Assembly (NCBI GenBank): GCA_963663475.2
Contig: CAXXJV010000002.1
Location: 64,001 to 128,000 of the forward strand
DNA: 64,000 nt
Direction of reading: 5' to 3'
From: Candidatus Cloacimonadales bacterium
GTDB taxonomy: Bacteria > Cloacimonadota > Cloacimonadia > Cloacimonadales > JAFGVF01
Position 1 is the stretch's first letter. Each line of letters starts with the position of its first letter. Positions 19,091-28,468 of the stretch are shown here, one piece after another. The position numbers and the translations under genes are program-made. Under the pieces are notes generated by a model, which was given only the letters and a program-made list of their open reading frames with translations, ran no database searches and was not told the DNA's origin.

Positions 19091-19540
19091 ATGGATAAAA
19101 TAAGTAGATATAAAAGAGTAGCAGATCAATTGCAAGAATTGTTTTCCAAGACAGATGACTTACAGGCAAGAATGGCTACAACTTGTGCAGTTCTGCATCA
19201 CAAATTTAAGTATTTCTTCTGGACTGGTTTTTATTCCCTAAAAGAGGGTGAATTAACAGTTCAGACCTATCAAGGCCCCCTAGCTTGCCTAGTTCTTAAA
19301 AAAGATAGTGGTGTCTGTTGGGCAAGTATTAATGAAAAGAAAAGTATAATCGTTGCAGATGTGGAAAAGTTTCCTGGTCATATAGCTTGTGATTCTCGTT
19401 CTAAATCTGAGATTGTTATTCCTCTCTTCAAAGGAAAGGAAGTCATAGCTGTCTTAGATGTTGATAGTAAGGAGTTAAATTCATTTGATGAGGATGATAG
19501 ATATGGTCTAGAGATGATTGTAGAATTGATTGTTCATTAG
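19091..19540 (+). CDS. GAF-domain protein, free methionine-R-sulfoxide reductase (MsrC/fRMsr)-like
   Basis: 'WTGFY', 'YQGPLAC', 'GVC', 'FPGHIACDSRSKSEIVIP', 'VLDVDS'. Confidence 0.88.
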   Translation: MDKISRYKRVADQLQELFSKTDDLQARMATTCAVLHHKFKYFFWTGFYSLKEGELTVQTYQGPLACLVLKKDSGVCWASINEKKSIIVADVEKFPGHIACDSRSKSEIVIPLFKGKEVIAVLDVDSKELNSFDEDDRYGLEMIVELIVH

Positions 19541-19571
19541 TTCACAAAGACTAGAGTGGCAAAAAAATACT

Positions 19572-19630
19572 ACCAAATGATAGGGGAAAAAATATAGTGC
19601 TATTCTCAAAGCTCTATTGCACTATTCGGA
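19572..19630. mobile_element. MITE remnant I
   Basis: Right end AAAGCTCTATTGCACTATTCGGA matches the family; left end decayed. Confidence 0.55.
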
Positions 19631-19723
19631 TAAAAGTGATTTATAATCAATTTGTACTATTCTGATTTTTTAAATGAATATTAATTGGTTGAAAAAATAT
19701 TAAAAAATTATTTATATGGTGAC

Positions 19724-20437
19724 CTATAGATCCTTTACAAGAATAGGATTAGGAAGATGCTTTAAATCTAAATTCAAGATTGAATTATAGAGGTTATCTT
19801 CAACCTTTATGTGGGGGTGGTCTGAGCTTATTTGCTTAATTAAATTCTTGATATATTGCCTTTTAGTATGTCCATCATAGATACATGATTTTTTAACAGC
19901 AGGAAAGTCCTTAGCGTAATTGGCTAAGAGAATCTCAGGGACTTCATAGAGAGGTCTAATAACTTGAATTTTTCCTGCAAAGAGGTCTTGTTTGGGCAAC
20001 ATTGTGGATATTTTTCTTGAATAGATCATATTCATTAAAAGTGTTTCATTTACATCATCCCGATTATGAGCAAAGATAACTTTCCTTATCCCTTTACTAT
20101 ATGCATATTCGAAGATGGCTTGATTACGTCTTCGACTGCAAATAAAACATGGATTTTTCGGAGAATTGCTTGCTTCTTGCATGATAGATGTTTTGATAAC
20201 ATCAATAGGGGAGTATTGTTCAACAAAAGAAATAAAAGAGAGGTCTGAACTTGAATCTAGACTTACATGAACACATAGTGTCTTAGCTAAGTAATCAGAA
20301 AGAATAGTCAAGAGGGCTAAAGAATCTTTACCTCCAGAAATAGCAAGAAGATAAGTTTCCTTAGTGTCTAACAAGTTCCATTTACTATTACTAGACTCAA
20401 TAATAGTTTTGATTTGTGCCTTAATCTTTAAGTTCAT
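19724..20437 (-). CDS. tRNA 2-thiocytidine biosynthesis TtcA-like PP-loop ATPase
   Basis: 'SGGKDS', 'PCFICSRRR', 'HNRDD', 'IRPL'. Confidence 0.8.
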   Translation of the reverse strand: MNLKIKAQIKTIIESSNSKWNLLDTKETYLLAISGGKDSLALLTILSDYLAKTLCVHVSLDSSSDLSFISFVEQYSPIDVIKTSIMQEASNSPKNPCFICSRRRNQAIFEYAYSKGIRKVIFAHNRDDVNETLLMNMIYSRKISTMLPKQDLFAGKIQVIRPLYEVPEILLANYAKDFPAVKKSCIYDGHTKRQYIKNLIKQISSDHPHIKVEDNLYNSILNLDLKHLPNPILVKDL

Positions 20438-20488
20438 AAGAAAAAATAAGGGAAGAATATCACTAGTAATCTCCCCTCAATTAGTAAT

Positions 20489-20686
20489 TTATTTGTAAAA
20501 TTCTTCTAAAGAATTTAATATCTCTTTTAATACTTGAGTACCATTCTCTACATCATAAGTTTCATTATCCCCATTATCAAATTGCAGAATTATACTGCCT
20601 AGAGATAAAGAAACCTTACGGATTTTACTGATTACAACATAGACTTTCGCACCATGATTATCAACAAAAGTATAAACAGCTTTCAT
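20489..20686 (-). CDS. Small hypothetical protein
   Basis: 65 aa, TAATG overlap with the PPIase gene. Confidence 0.6.
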   Translation of the reverse strand: MKAVYTFVDNHGAKVYVVISKIRKVSLSLGSIILQFDNGDNETYDVENGTQVLKEILNSLEEFYK

Positions 20687-21480
20687 TATTTAATTACTAC
20701 CTTTTCGATTATAGCTTGGTTTTCAGCTAGTGGATTATCTTTTTTATCACGTGGAAGTTGCTCAATTTCATGAACAATATCCATTCCTTTTGTTACTTTG
20801 CCAAAGACAGTGTGTTTGCCGTTAAGCCAAGCTGCTCCTTCTTTTTTAGTAACAATAAAGAATTGAGAACCATTAGTGTTTGGTCCTGAATTAGCCATGC
20901 AAAGTGTACCATAATCAACACTTGCTATAAGTTCTCCTTTGGAAGTAAGAGCTGGCAAACCTGTTTTATCATAAAAATACTCATAAGTTTTAGCCATTAT
21001 TGGAGCACCTGACTGTTGTTCAGCTATATTTTTCATGATATTAGAAATTTCACTATCTGCTTTGTCTCCATTTGCTTGCATATAAGGTACAAGTATTTCT
21101 TGATATAAGCGAATAGCTTCTTGTTCAGAAGTAATCTTACCAGTTAACTTCTTTGCACCAATAGTTGAATATGTCTCATCTTCAAACTTATATCCAGGAT
21201 TACCTGTGCCATCATCAGCCCTATTTTTGTTAAGGGTATTAGGACAGCCACCTTGGATCATGAAATTAGGAATAACTCTATGGAAGTAAATACCTTCATA
21301 GAAACCTTCATTAGCTAGTTTGACAAAGTTATCAACAGTTTTTGGGGTTAAATCCTTAGTTAATTCAACCTCTATATCTCCCAAATTGGTCTTAATAAGA
21401 GCTGTAATGTTTTTGGCACTAAGGGTTAGACTTAAAGAAAGAAAGATAAGTCCAACTAGTAATATTTTGTAAATCTTCAT
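20686..21480 (-). CDS. Secreted cyclophilin-type peptidyl-prolyl isomerase with a large insertion
   Basis: 'FHRVIPNFMIQGG', 'MANSGPNTNGSQFFI', 'WLNGKHTVFGKV'. Confidence 0.93.
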   Translation of the reverse strand: MKIYKILLVGLIFLSLSLTLSAKNITALIKTNLGDIEVELTKDLTPKTVDNFVKLANEGFYEGIYFHRVIPNFMIQGGCPNTLNKNRADDGTGNPGYKFEDETYSTIGAKKLTGKITSEQEAIRLYQEILVPYMQANGDKADSEISNIMKNIAEQQSGAPIMAKTYEYFYDKTGLPALTSKGELIASVDYGTLCMANSGPNTNGSQFFIVTKKEGAAWLNGKHTVFGKVTKGMDIVHEIEQLPRDKKDNPLAENQAIIEKVVIK

Positions 21481-21510
21481 ATTTCCTCCGTTTTTTTATT
21501 TATTATTAAA

Positions 21511-21587
21511 CCCAGATATTGCATTAGAACTTTCAGCAAGTGTAGAGTTTATTCTGCTATTCATAAAGGTCTCCTGCTTTGTTTGGG
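21511..21587 (-). mobile_element. MITE copy J (77 bp, inverted), encodes the last codons and stop of the LpxH-like gene
   Basis: Perfect TTAAA TSD; C-terminal NPNKAGDLYE* matches the translated MITE left end. Confidence 0.8.
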
Positions 21588-22306
21588 TTAAAGTATTTTA
21601 AATGAGCTTTACCATCAACAATTTCAATATAAGAATTATGAACTATCCAGTCTCCACTATTAAGATAAAATCCCTGATCTAATTGTATCTTTTGTGGATT
21701 ATGGGCATGGCCCATGATAACAAGCTGATATCCATCTTTGATTTTTTTCTCTGCAAAATCAATTAATCCTTGGTTTTTCTTCTTAGTAATCTCAGGTGAA
21801 TCCTGTCTATCTCGACTAGAACGCGATAATTTCTTACCAATATTAAGAGATAACTCAGGGTGAATTAGATTAAAGATAAACTTAGTTACCTTATTTCTAA
21901 GCAGGTTACGGAAGATAAAGTATCTAATATCGTTAGATGTATGTTTATCTCCGTGAGTGAAATAAATTTGATTCTGTTTATCAATAGTTATATAATAATC
22001 AGAATAGATTTCGATACCTAATTTTTCTAAAAATCCATTGAACCAAAAATCATGATTCCCAGCTAGCATGACTACTTTTATTCCTCTGCTAATAATTGTT
22101 TTAAGCTCATGAATAAAATCATAATAACCAGCAATAATTACACTATTCCAGTCAAACCAAAGGTCAAAGATATCACCATTAAGCACAAGCATGTCAGTAT
22201 CTGAAGAAATACTTTGCAAGAAGTTTGTTACACGAAGTCGTCTTGCTTTATCTTCATCATTCTCATTAAATTTAATATGGGTATCTGATATTACTATAAT
22301 TTTCAT
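21557..22306 (-). CDS. UDP-2,3-diacylglucosamine diphosphatase (LpxH-like metallophosphoesterase)
   Basis: 'SDTH', 'GDIFDLW', 'GNHDFW', 'HGD', 'MGHAH', 'NSGDW'. Confidence 0.8.
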   Translation of the reverse strand: MKIIVISDTHIKFNENDEDKARRLRVTNFLQSISSDTDMLVLNGDIFDLWFDWNSVIIAGYYDFIHELKTIISRGIKVVMLAGNHDFWFNGFLEKLGIEIYSDYYITIDKQNQIYFTHGDKHTSNDIRYFIFRNLLRNKVTKFIFNLIHPELSLNIGKKLSRSSRDRQDSPEITKKKNQGLIDFAEKKIKDGYQLVIMGHAHNPQKIQLDQGFYLNSGDWIVHNSYIEIVDGKAHLKYFNPNKAGDLYE

Positions 22307-22308
22307 AA

Positions 22309-22959
22309 TTATCTGGTAAGCAGGTAGTATAAGATGTTAGTTCCAAACTGCAAAGCTTTTAATCTCGTCTGTTCGGAATTCTGATGGGTAGTGTAGTCTG
22401 CCCAACCATCAGAGATATTTGACTCGTAAGTATATAGAAGCATCATTCTACCATAATCATCGAAAATAGCAAAAGACTGAGGTCTTTTTTTATCATGTTC
22501 ATGGATTTTAGGAGTAGCTTGTGGAAAGTTGTAGTAAACATTAAAAAGTTCATGCCCTTTGGGAAGTTCAACTAGTTCCTTGTTGGGAAATAATCTTTTA
22601 ATCTCTTGTCTGAATGACTTGTCTAAGCCATAATCATCATCACAATAAAGAAAACCACCATTCAAAAGATAGTCTCTTAAATTATCAATCTCCCGATTAG
22701 AAAACTTAACATTTCCATGACCTGTCATATAGATAAAAGGATAATCGGCAAGTTGAGAATCTGTGAGCTGGATGACTTTTTCATCAAGAGAAAAGTTGGT
22801 ATTTAACTCCTTATTAACGTACTTAGCTAGATTAGGTAAGACTTCTGGATCATTATACCAATCTCCACCACCTGTGTAGTGAAGTCGTGCTAATTGCATC
22901 TGACCAAAAGCAAATGTAGCTACTAATAATATTGCTAATCCGAAAATAATTCTCTTAAT
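22309..22959 (-). CDS. DUF4159 domain protein; probable ATT start giving a signal peptide
   Basis: 'GGGDWY', 'YPFIYMTGHG', 'GGFLYCDD', 'DGW'; upstream in-frame IKRIIFGLAILLVATFAFGQ starts 6 nt after AGGAG. Confidence 0.8.
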   Translation of the reverse strand: MKRIIFGLAILLVATFAFGQMQLARLHYTGGGDWYNDPEVLPNLAKYVNKELNTNFSLDEKVIQLTDSQLADYPFIYMTGHGNVKFSNREIDNLRDYLLNGGFLYCDDDYGLDKSFRQEIKRLFPNKELVELPKGHELFNVYYNFPQATPKIHEHDKKRPQSFAIFDDYGRMMLLYTYESNISDGWADYTTHQNSEQTRLKALQFGTNILYYLLTR

Positions 22960-23208
22960 ATTCAGCTCCTTAAAGACTTTTAGTTACATAAAATAGGAAT
23001 AAGGATAAAGTCAAGTAATTTGTTATGAGTTTTATGCTTAAGATAAGAATACCCAATAAAACACTAGTAAGAGGGCATTAGCCAGTAAGAAATTTAAACA
23101 CTTAGAAAATGACCCATGAATCTCAAACCGAAGAAGTTGAGGAGTGTTGATAACTTCAATACTCTCTCAAAAAAAGAGATTTAGTAAGTATTTTCAATAA
23201 GAAGTGAA

Positions 23209-24498
23209 TTACTTATTTCTTTGATTAGTAATAGTATCATGGAAAATTTTAAATTCATTAATATTGAACATGTTATAGTATTCCATTAATTGTGCCTTAT
23301 GAATCCAATGATAACTGGAAACAGTGTTGGTGTGTTTACAATAACGTGAACCATCAACACCATCAATATCCCATAGAGGATAATGGTCAATAACAGAGGC
23401 AATAGATCCCTGGAAAAGTCTCAAAGCATCATTATCTCTTGTAATGCAATAGTATTCCCATAAGCCCCAAGTAGCGAATAATTTACCATTGAGAACATGA
23501 CAGAAGTCACTACTTGGATATTCTTCATACCATAGATAATCTTCATCATCTATATAAAAATTCCAAGAAGTAGCATTATTGGTATGCATAGTCACAAAAA
23601 ATTCATCAGCTGCTTGAAGATATTTCTCATCTCTTGAATTATGGTAGGCTATGCACATCAAGGCTAATGCTTGACCTTGAGCCATTGCAGATGTCCAACC
23701 GAAAGGTAAAGTTACAGTTTCATGTGTATTCTCAAAAGCGTACTTCAGAAAAGAATCACTATCTTTATAATCTATTATCCAATCTGCGTTTACATAGAAC
23801 CAGGCTAAATAATCTTGATTATCGGTTTTGATATACTGATCATAAAATCCAAAGGCATTATTACAAGTTAAAACTGGATTATAGTAATTTCCAAAAGGAT
23901 AAGGATATACTGGGATCATATTTTCATCTAAAAGATGCCATAAAATACCGTGTTCCATTAAGAAGTTCATAGGTGTATTACAATATTGATCAGCAATAGC
24001 CTCAACATTTTCAATTTTATATTCTTTGAAGAATTTATCTAGAGCTGTGAAATTATAGAAATCAGAAACAGCAACACTTCTTGCAGGGTTAGTGTCAAGA
24101 GTAAGAATTACATTCTGATGATAGTATTTTGCCTTAAGATTGCCAATAAAATTATTTTCATCAATCCTAAATTTTGAGTATGCACTTCGATTAGAATCAC
24201 CCCAGTAAAGAGTTGTATTAATAGTACTTTCTGTTTGTGCATCAAAGTCTATGTTTATATATAATTCCATTTGACTTTGTAAATGCTTATATGTAAAGTA
24301 ATTAGTTTTATTACTGTTTCCAACAGAGATGATTAGACTATCTGGTATTATATTGTTATTATAAAGTTCTTCAAATTCAACTTCAATTGTCCCAGTAATT
24401 TCAGAAGCTTCCGAGTTTGTTGCTTTATCTTGACATCCACTAACTAACAAAAAAATTAATACAAATCCTAATAATAAGCAAATTCTAAAACTTTTCAT
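23209..24498 (-). CDS. Lipoprotein with D-glucuronyl C5-epimerase C-terminal domain
   Basis: 'LVSGC' lipobox; 'WTSAMAQGQAL', 'WYEEYP', 'HVLNG', 'YHWIH'. Confidence 0.8.
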   Translation of the reverse strand: MKSFRICLLLGFVLIFLLVSGCQDKATNSEASEITGTIEVEFEELYNNNIIPDSLIISVGNSNKTNYFTYKHLQSQMELYINIDFDAQTESTINTTLYWGDSNRSAYSKFRIDENNFIGNLKAKYYHQNVILTLDTNPARSVAVSDFYNFTALDKFFKEYKIENVEAIADQYCNTPMNFLMEHGILWHLLDENMIPVYPYPFGNYYNPVLTCNNAFGFYDQYIKTDNQDYLAWFYVNADWIIDYKDSDSFLKYAFENTHETVTLPFGWTSAMAQGQALALMCIAYHNSRDEKYLQAADEFFVTMHTNNATSWNFYIDDEDYLWYEEYPSSDFCHVLNGKLFATWGLWEYYCITRDNDALRLFQGSIASVIDHYPLWDIDGVDGSRYCKHTNTVSSYHWIHKAQLMEYYNMFNINEFKIFHDTITNQRNK

Positions 24499-24956
24499 AA
24501 AATCTCCTTCAAGGGCTTACATAAATACATAAATATTTGATTATCTGTTTTGTCAAGATAATGTTTTAAAATTATAGCTATAAACTATATATAATGATAA
24601 AATTAATTATATAAGGCAATTAATCTTGATGTTAATCATTATGTTAAATTAGGTAACATTTGAAAACTGTTTAGTTGTAATTAACAATCCATTAAATTAT
24701 GCCTTTATTTTTACAACTCGATATAATTCCGATGATTAATAGAAATAGTAATAATGAAGGAATAGACTAAACTTAATACTGGCAATTTATTACAAGCTTT
24801 TGTACTAAAACTTGAATCACCCTGTTAACTATCTCTATTTAAAAAAAAGGGATAAAAACTTAGAGGTGCTGACTATATCAAGACTATGGGTGATAAAATC
24901 ACTTGACGATTTCTCAAAGAATATAAGATTGGAAAAAAATCTTAAGGAAATAACAG

Positions 24957-26030
24957 ATGAAAATTATCCATATAGTAGGAGCACGTCCACAATTTGTGAA
25001 ACTAGCTCCATTATATAAAGAAATTCAAAATAAGGCTGAACAGTTAATAATACATACAGGACAACATTACGATGAGAAGATGTCGAAGATTTTCTTTGAA
25101 GATCTAGCTATCCCCAAACCAGACTTTAATTTAAATATTAATCAAGGTTCTCATGCTTATCAGACAGCTGAGATGATGAAAGGGATTGAGAAGATTCTCT
25201 TAGAAGTAAAAGATTGCCTATTAGTTATATATGGTGACACAAATTCAACTCTTGCTGGAGCATTGGCTGCTGCGAAATTAGAGATTCCTATTGTTCATAT
25301 TGAAGCAGGTTTAAGATCTTTTAATCGTTCTATGCCAGAGGAAGTTAACAGAATCTTAGCAGATAGAATTTCTAACTATCTCTTTGCACCAACTCCTACT
25401 GCAGTAGAAAACCTTAAGAATGAGGGAATTTCTAAGATTACTTATCTGACTGGTGATATCATGACTGATTCAATTGCTCAAAATATTGCCATTGCTAAAG
25501 AAAAATCAGATGTTATCAATAGACTTAAACTAACAAAAGAAGATTATTATCTACTAACTCTCCATAGACCCTACAATGTTGATGACCCTGAAAAATTAAT
25601 TAATATTCTAACATTACTAAATAATTTAGATAAAGAAGTGCTTTTCCCGATTCATCCAAGAACTAGAAAAATATTAGAGGCTAATCTTACTGCAAACTTA
25701 TCAAATATAAGATTAATTGAACCTCAAGGTTATTTAGATTTTCTTATCTTACAAGAAAATGCTGATAAAATAGTTACTGATTCAGGGGGTATTCAGAAAG
25801 AAGCTTGCATCCTTAAAAGACCTTGTATCACTCTTAGAAGCGAAACTGAATGGGTGGAGACTGTTCGTGAAGGTGTAAATTTACTTGTAACTAGGATAGA
25901 AGAAGGATTAACTCAGAAAATTATGTCTTTTAATCCTGTCTTCCCAAGTTATGGTATCTTTGGGGAAAAAGTGAGTGAGAAAATGTGTGAAATTATAACT
26001 GACATTTTGAGGAAAGCTTATGCAAAATAA
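24957..26030 (+). CDS. wecB: UDP-N-acetylglucosamine 2-epimerase (non-hydrolysing; WecB/WbpI-like)
   Basis: 'GARPQFVK', 'HTGQHYD', 'GDTNST', 'HIEAGLRS', 'TDSGGIQKEA'. Confidence 0.92.
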   Translation: MKIIHIVGARPQFVKLAPLYKEIQNKAEQLIIHTGQHYDEKMSKIFFEDLAIPKPDFNLNINQGSHAYQTAEMMKGIEKILLEVKDCLLVIYGDTNSTLAGALAAAKLEIPIVHIEAGLRSFNRSMPEEVNRILADRISNYLFAPTPTAVENLKNEGISKITYLTGDIMTDSIAQNIAIAKEKSDVINRLKLTKEDYYLLTLHRPYNVDDPEKLINILTLLNNLDKEVLFPIHPRTRKILEANLTANLSNIRLIEPQGYLDFLILQENADKIVTDSGGIQKEACILKRPCITLRSETEWVETVREGVNLLVTRIEEGLTQKIMSFNPVFPSYGIFGEKVSEKMCEIITDILRKAYAK

Positions 26031-27213
26031 TAATAAAGATATAACTCTCTTTGATCTATTAATATCAATTGCTAGAAAAAAATGGTTTATAATAATATTT
26101 ACATCAATATTCTCTATTGTTGCTGTGATTTATTCACTCGTCACTCCTGAAATTTGGGGGTCTTCAAGTACATTTATATCTGTTTCAGATCAAATGAGTG
26201 CTAAGGGGATTGGTGCCTCAATGCTAGGGAACTTAGGTTTAGGAATGTTTGGGAACATGAGTTCTTCAGAAGCTCTTAACAACATCATGTACTTAGATAG
26301 CAGAGAATTAAAAAAACAAGCAATAAGAAAATTTGATTTGATTGCCTATTTTGAAATTACAGAGGAAGACAGCTTAAAAGCAATGGAAATAGCCTTAGAT
26401 AACTTTGATCAAAAGATTTATGGGTCATTCTATGATGTTGAAACAGAAGCAATCACAGTGCGTGCTCATACAAAATCTCAACTTTTATCTAAAGAGATAG
26501 TAGAGTTTTTCCTTGAATCTTTAAAAGAGTATAATTTAAATACTAGAATGACAAAAGGAAAACTGCAGAGAGAATTTTTAGAAAAAAGGGTTAGTGAGAT
26601 TGATAAAGAATTTAATGATTTAATCTCTCAACTAAACAAATTTCATAAGGATACTAAGTTTATTTCTACTGAATCTCAGACAAATCAGATGTTAAGTGTT
26701 TATTCAGAAATTATTGCTGAAGATATGGCCAATGAGGCCATGATTTCTGTGATAAAGAAAGTATATGGAACAGAAAATCCAAATTACAAAGAATTGATAA
26801 TCAAGAGAGATGAACTAAAAAGTAGTATTACAAGTCTCGAGAGTGATAAGAACTTCTATAAATACTTTGTTCCAATAGATCAGATTCCTGATTATTTGCT
26901 AACTTCAGAGCTTTTAGAGATGAGGATAAAAATTAACAGAGGTATATATGAATACATATATCCACAATACGAAATGGCAAAAATCGAAGAGATAAAAGAT
27001 CTACCTACTATAGAAATAATTAATTATCCAGATATTGAAGGATTAAGAGTAAAACCCAAAAGAGCACAAATATGTGTGATAACTTTTCTTTGTTCGCTGT
27101 TAATCTCAATGGCTATTGCAATAGTAGTCGATAATACAAGTCCTGAAAATAAAGAAAAAATACAACAAGCAATAAGAATATTCTTTGGAAAAAATGATAG
27201 TCAAATTAGTTAA
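26020..27213 (+). CDS. Wzz/GNVR-type polysaccharide chain-length regulator
   Basis: N- and C-terminal TM helices, coiled-coil periplasmic region, 'KPKR' before last TM. Confidence 0.85.
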   Translation: MQNNNKDITLFDLLISIARKKWFIIIFTSIFSIVAVIYSLVTPEIWGSSSTFISVSDQMSAKGIGASMLGNLGLGMFGNMSSSEALNNIMYLDSRELKKQAIRKFDLIAYFEITEEDSLKAMEIALDNFDQKIYGSFYDVETEAITVRAHTKSQLLSKEIVEFFLESLKEYNLNTRMTKGKLQREFLEKRVSEIDKEFNDLISQLNKFHKDTKFISTESQTNQMLSVYSEIIAEDMANEAMISVIKKVYGTENPNYKELIIKRDELKSSITSLESDKNFYKYFVPIDQIPDYLLTSELLEMRIKINRGIYEYIYPQYEMAKIEEIKDLPTIEIINYPDIEGLRVKPKRAQICVITFLCSLLISMAIAIVVDNTSPENKEKIQQAIRIFFGKNDSQIS

Positions 27214-28468
27214 TGTAAATTTTATTGTTAAATTAATCTTTATTATTTTTGTTTTGGGTATATTTATGCCATTGTCTGGACTGCTTAATTTTTTTTTGAT
27301 TGGCATTTCTTTAGCTTGTATGGTGTTTTATGTTTCCAAAAATCAAATTGATATTTCCTTTCTGGGTTACCCTAAGTCGACAACATTATTTTTTCTAACA
27401 TACTTAATCTATCCATGGATTACTTTTTTTTGGGTGGAGAATTACAGGTATTTTTATTCTCAGGTTAGATTTATAATTCTTCATTGGCTAGTATTTTCGA
27501 TTTCGTATTTTTTTTTAGTCAAAGTCTTTACTAATCATGAAAAGTTTTTAAAAATTATTATTGCAATTGGTGTGGTATATATTGCTGTTTCTTTTTGGGA
27601 ATTGTTAACAGGAAATCACCTTAGTTTATCAAGATATTATGGTATCCCTATACCAATCCCAACAGGTTTCTATTATAATGAGAATAACCAAACTATTTTA
27701 ACCTCTATGATGTTACCTATTGCAGGTTATTTTATTTTAAGTTCAAAGAAATATTATCAAGAAGTGTTTTATACTTTAGTGATAATTCTATTCATAGCTA
27801 TCTCAGCTTTAGCTGGAGCAAGAATAAGCATGATGATTTCAGTACCTTTTTTCATTTATATTCTGATTAGAAAACGCTCAATCCGAGTAACAGGTTTATT
27901 ACTGCTACTTTTTATTTTACTGATTAATTATGCTTCGATTTATAAAAATAAGGAATATACTTTAGCTAAAGAATATTTAAAGCACCAATACAAATCATTT
28001 GGGGCTGAAGTAAATAATTATCGTATTGGTTCAACTAAAATAAGAATTAATATGATAAAGAAAGCAATTAGTTATTTTGATGAATCAAAGTACCTAGGAG
28101 TTGGTGCAGGTAATTATGATTATCATGCTAAACAAGGCTGGTATGCTGAAATTGGTTGGATTGAAAATACTCATGCCTATATATTTGAGTTATTAGCAAA
28201 TTATGGAATATTTGTTATTATGGCTTTTCTATTTTTTGTTATTGGCCTTAGTTATAAATTGATAAAGATATATAAGACAGCAATAGGTAAAGCGAAGATT
28301 TTAGCTGAGATGAACTTGTTTCAAATTCCAATTTTCCTCATGATAGGTTTTATCCCCTCTAGTATCTTTCCAATTATCCAAATATGGGTAATTATGGGAT
28401 ACTTGGCCTCTTATATTTATCTTAATTCTGTAGAAACAAAATATAATAAAATTCAATCAAATGTTTAA
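27194..28468 (+). CDS. O-antigen polymerase/ligase family (Wzy/WaaL-like)
   Basis: Many TMs; 'GFYYNEN', 'GAR', 'LGVGAGNY', 'THAYIFELLANYG'. Confidence 0.8.
   Translation: MIVKLVNVNFIVKLIFIIFVLGIFMPLSGLLNFFLIGISLACMVFYVSKNQIDISFLGYPKSTTLFFLTYLIYPWITFFWVENYRYFYSQVRFIILHWLVFSISYFFLVKVFTNHEKFLKIIIAIGVVYIAVSFWELLTGNHLSLSRYYGIPIPIPTGFYYNENNQTILTSMMLPIAGYFILSSKKYYQEVFYTLVIILFIAISALAGARISMMISVPFFIYILIRKRSIRVTGLLLLLFILLINYASIYKNKEYTLAKEYLKHQYKSFGAEVNNYRIGSTKIRINMIKKAISYFDESKYLGVGAGNYDYHAKQGWYAEIGWIENTHAYIFELLANYGIFVIMAFLFFVIGLSYKLIKIYKTAIGKAKILAEMNLFQIPIFLMIGFIPSSIFPIIQIWVIMGYLASYIYLNSVETKYNKIQSNV

Noticed and set aside
20911-21174. Intein in the cyclophilin
   Set aside because: No C/S start with HN-C/S/T end, and too short
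24499-24956. ncRNA, ops/JUMPstart element or 68-aa ORF upstream of the polysaccharide locus
   Set aside because: AT-rich divergent promoter region; no GGCGGTAG ops motif or stable structure seen
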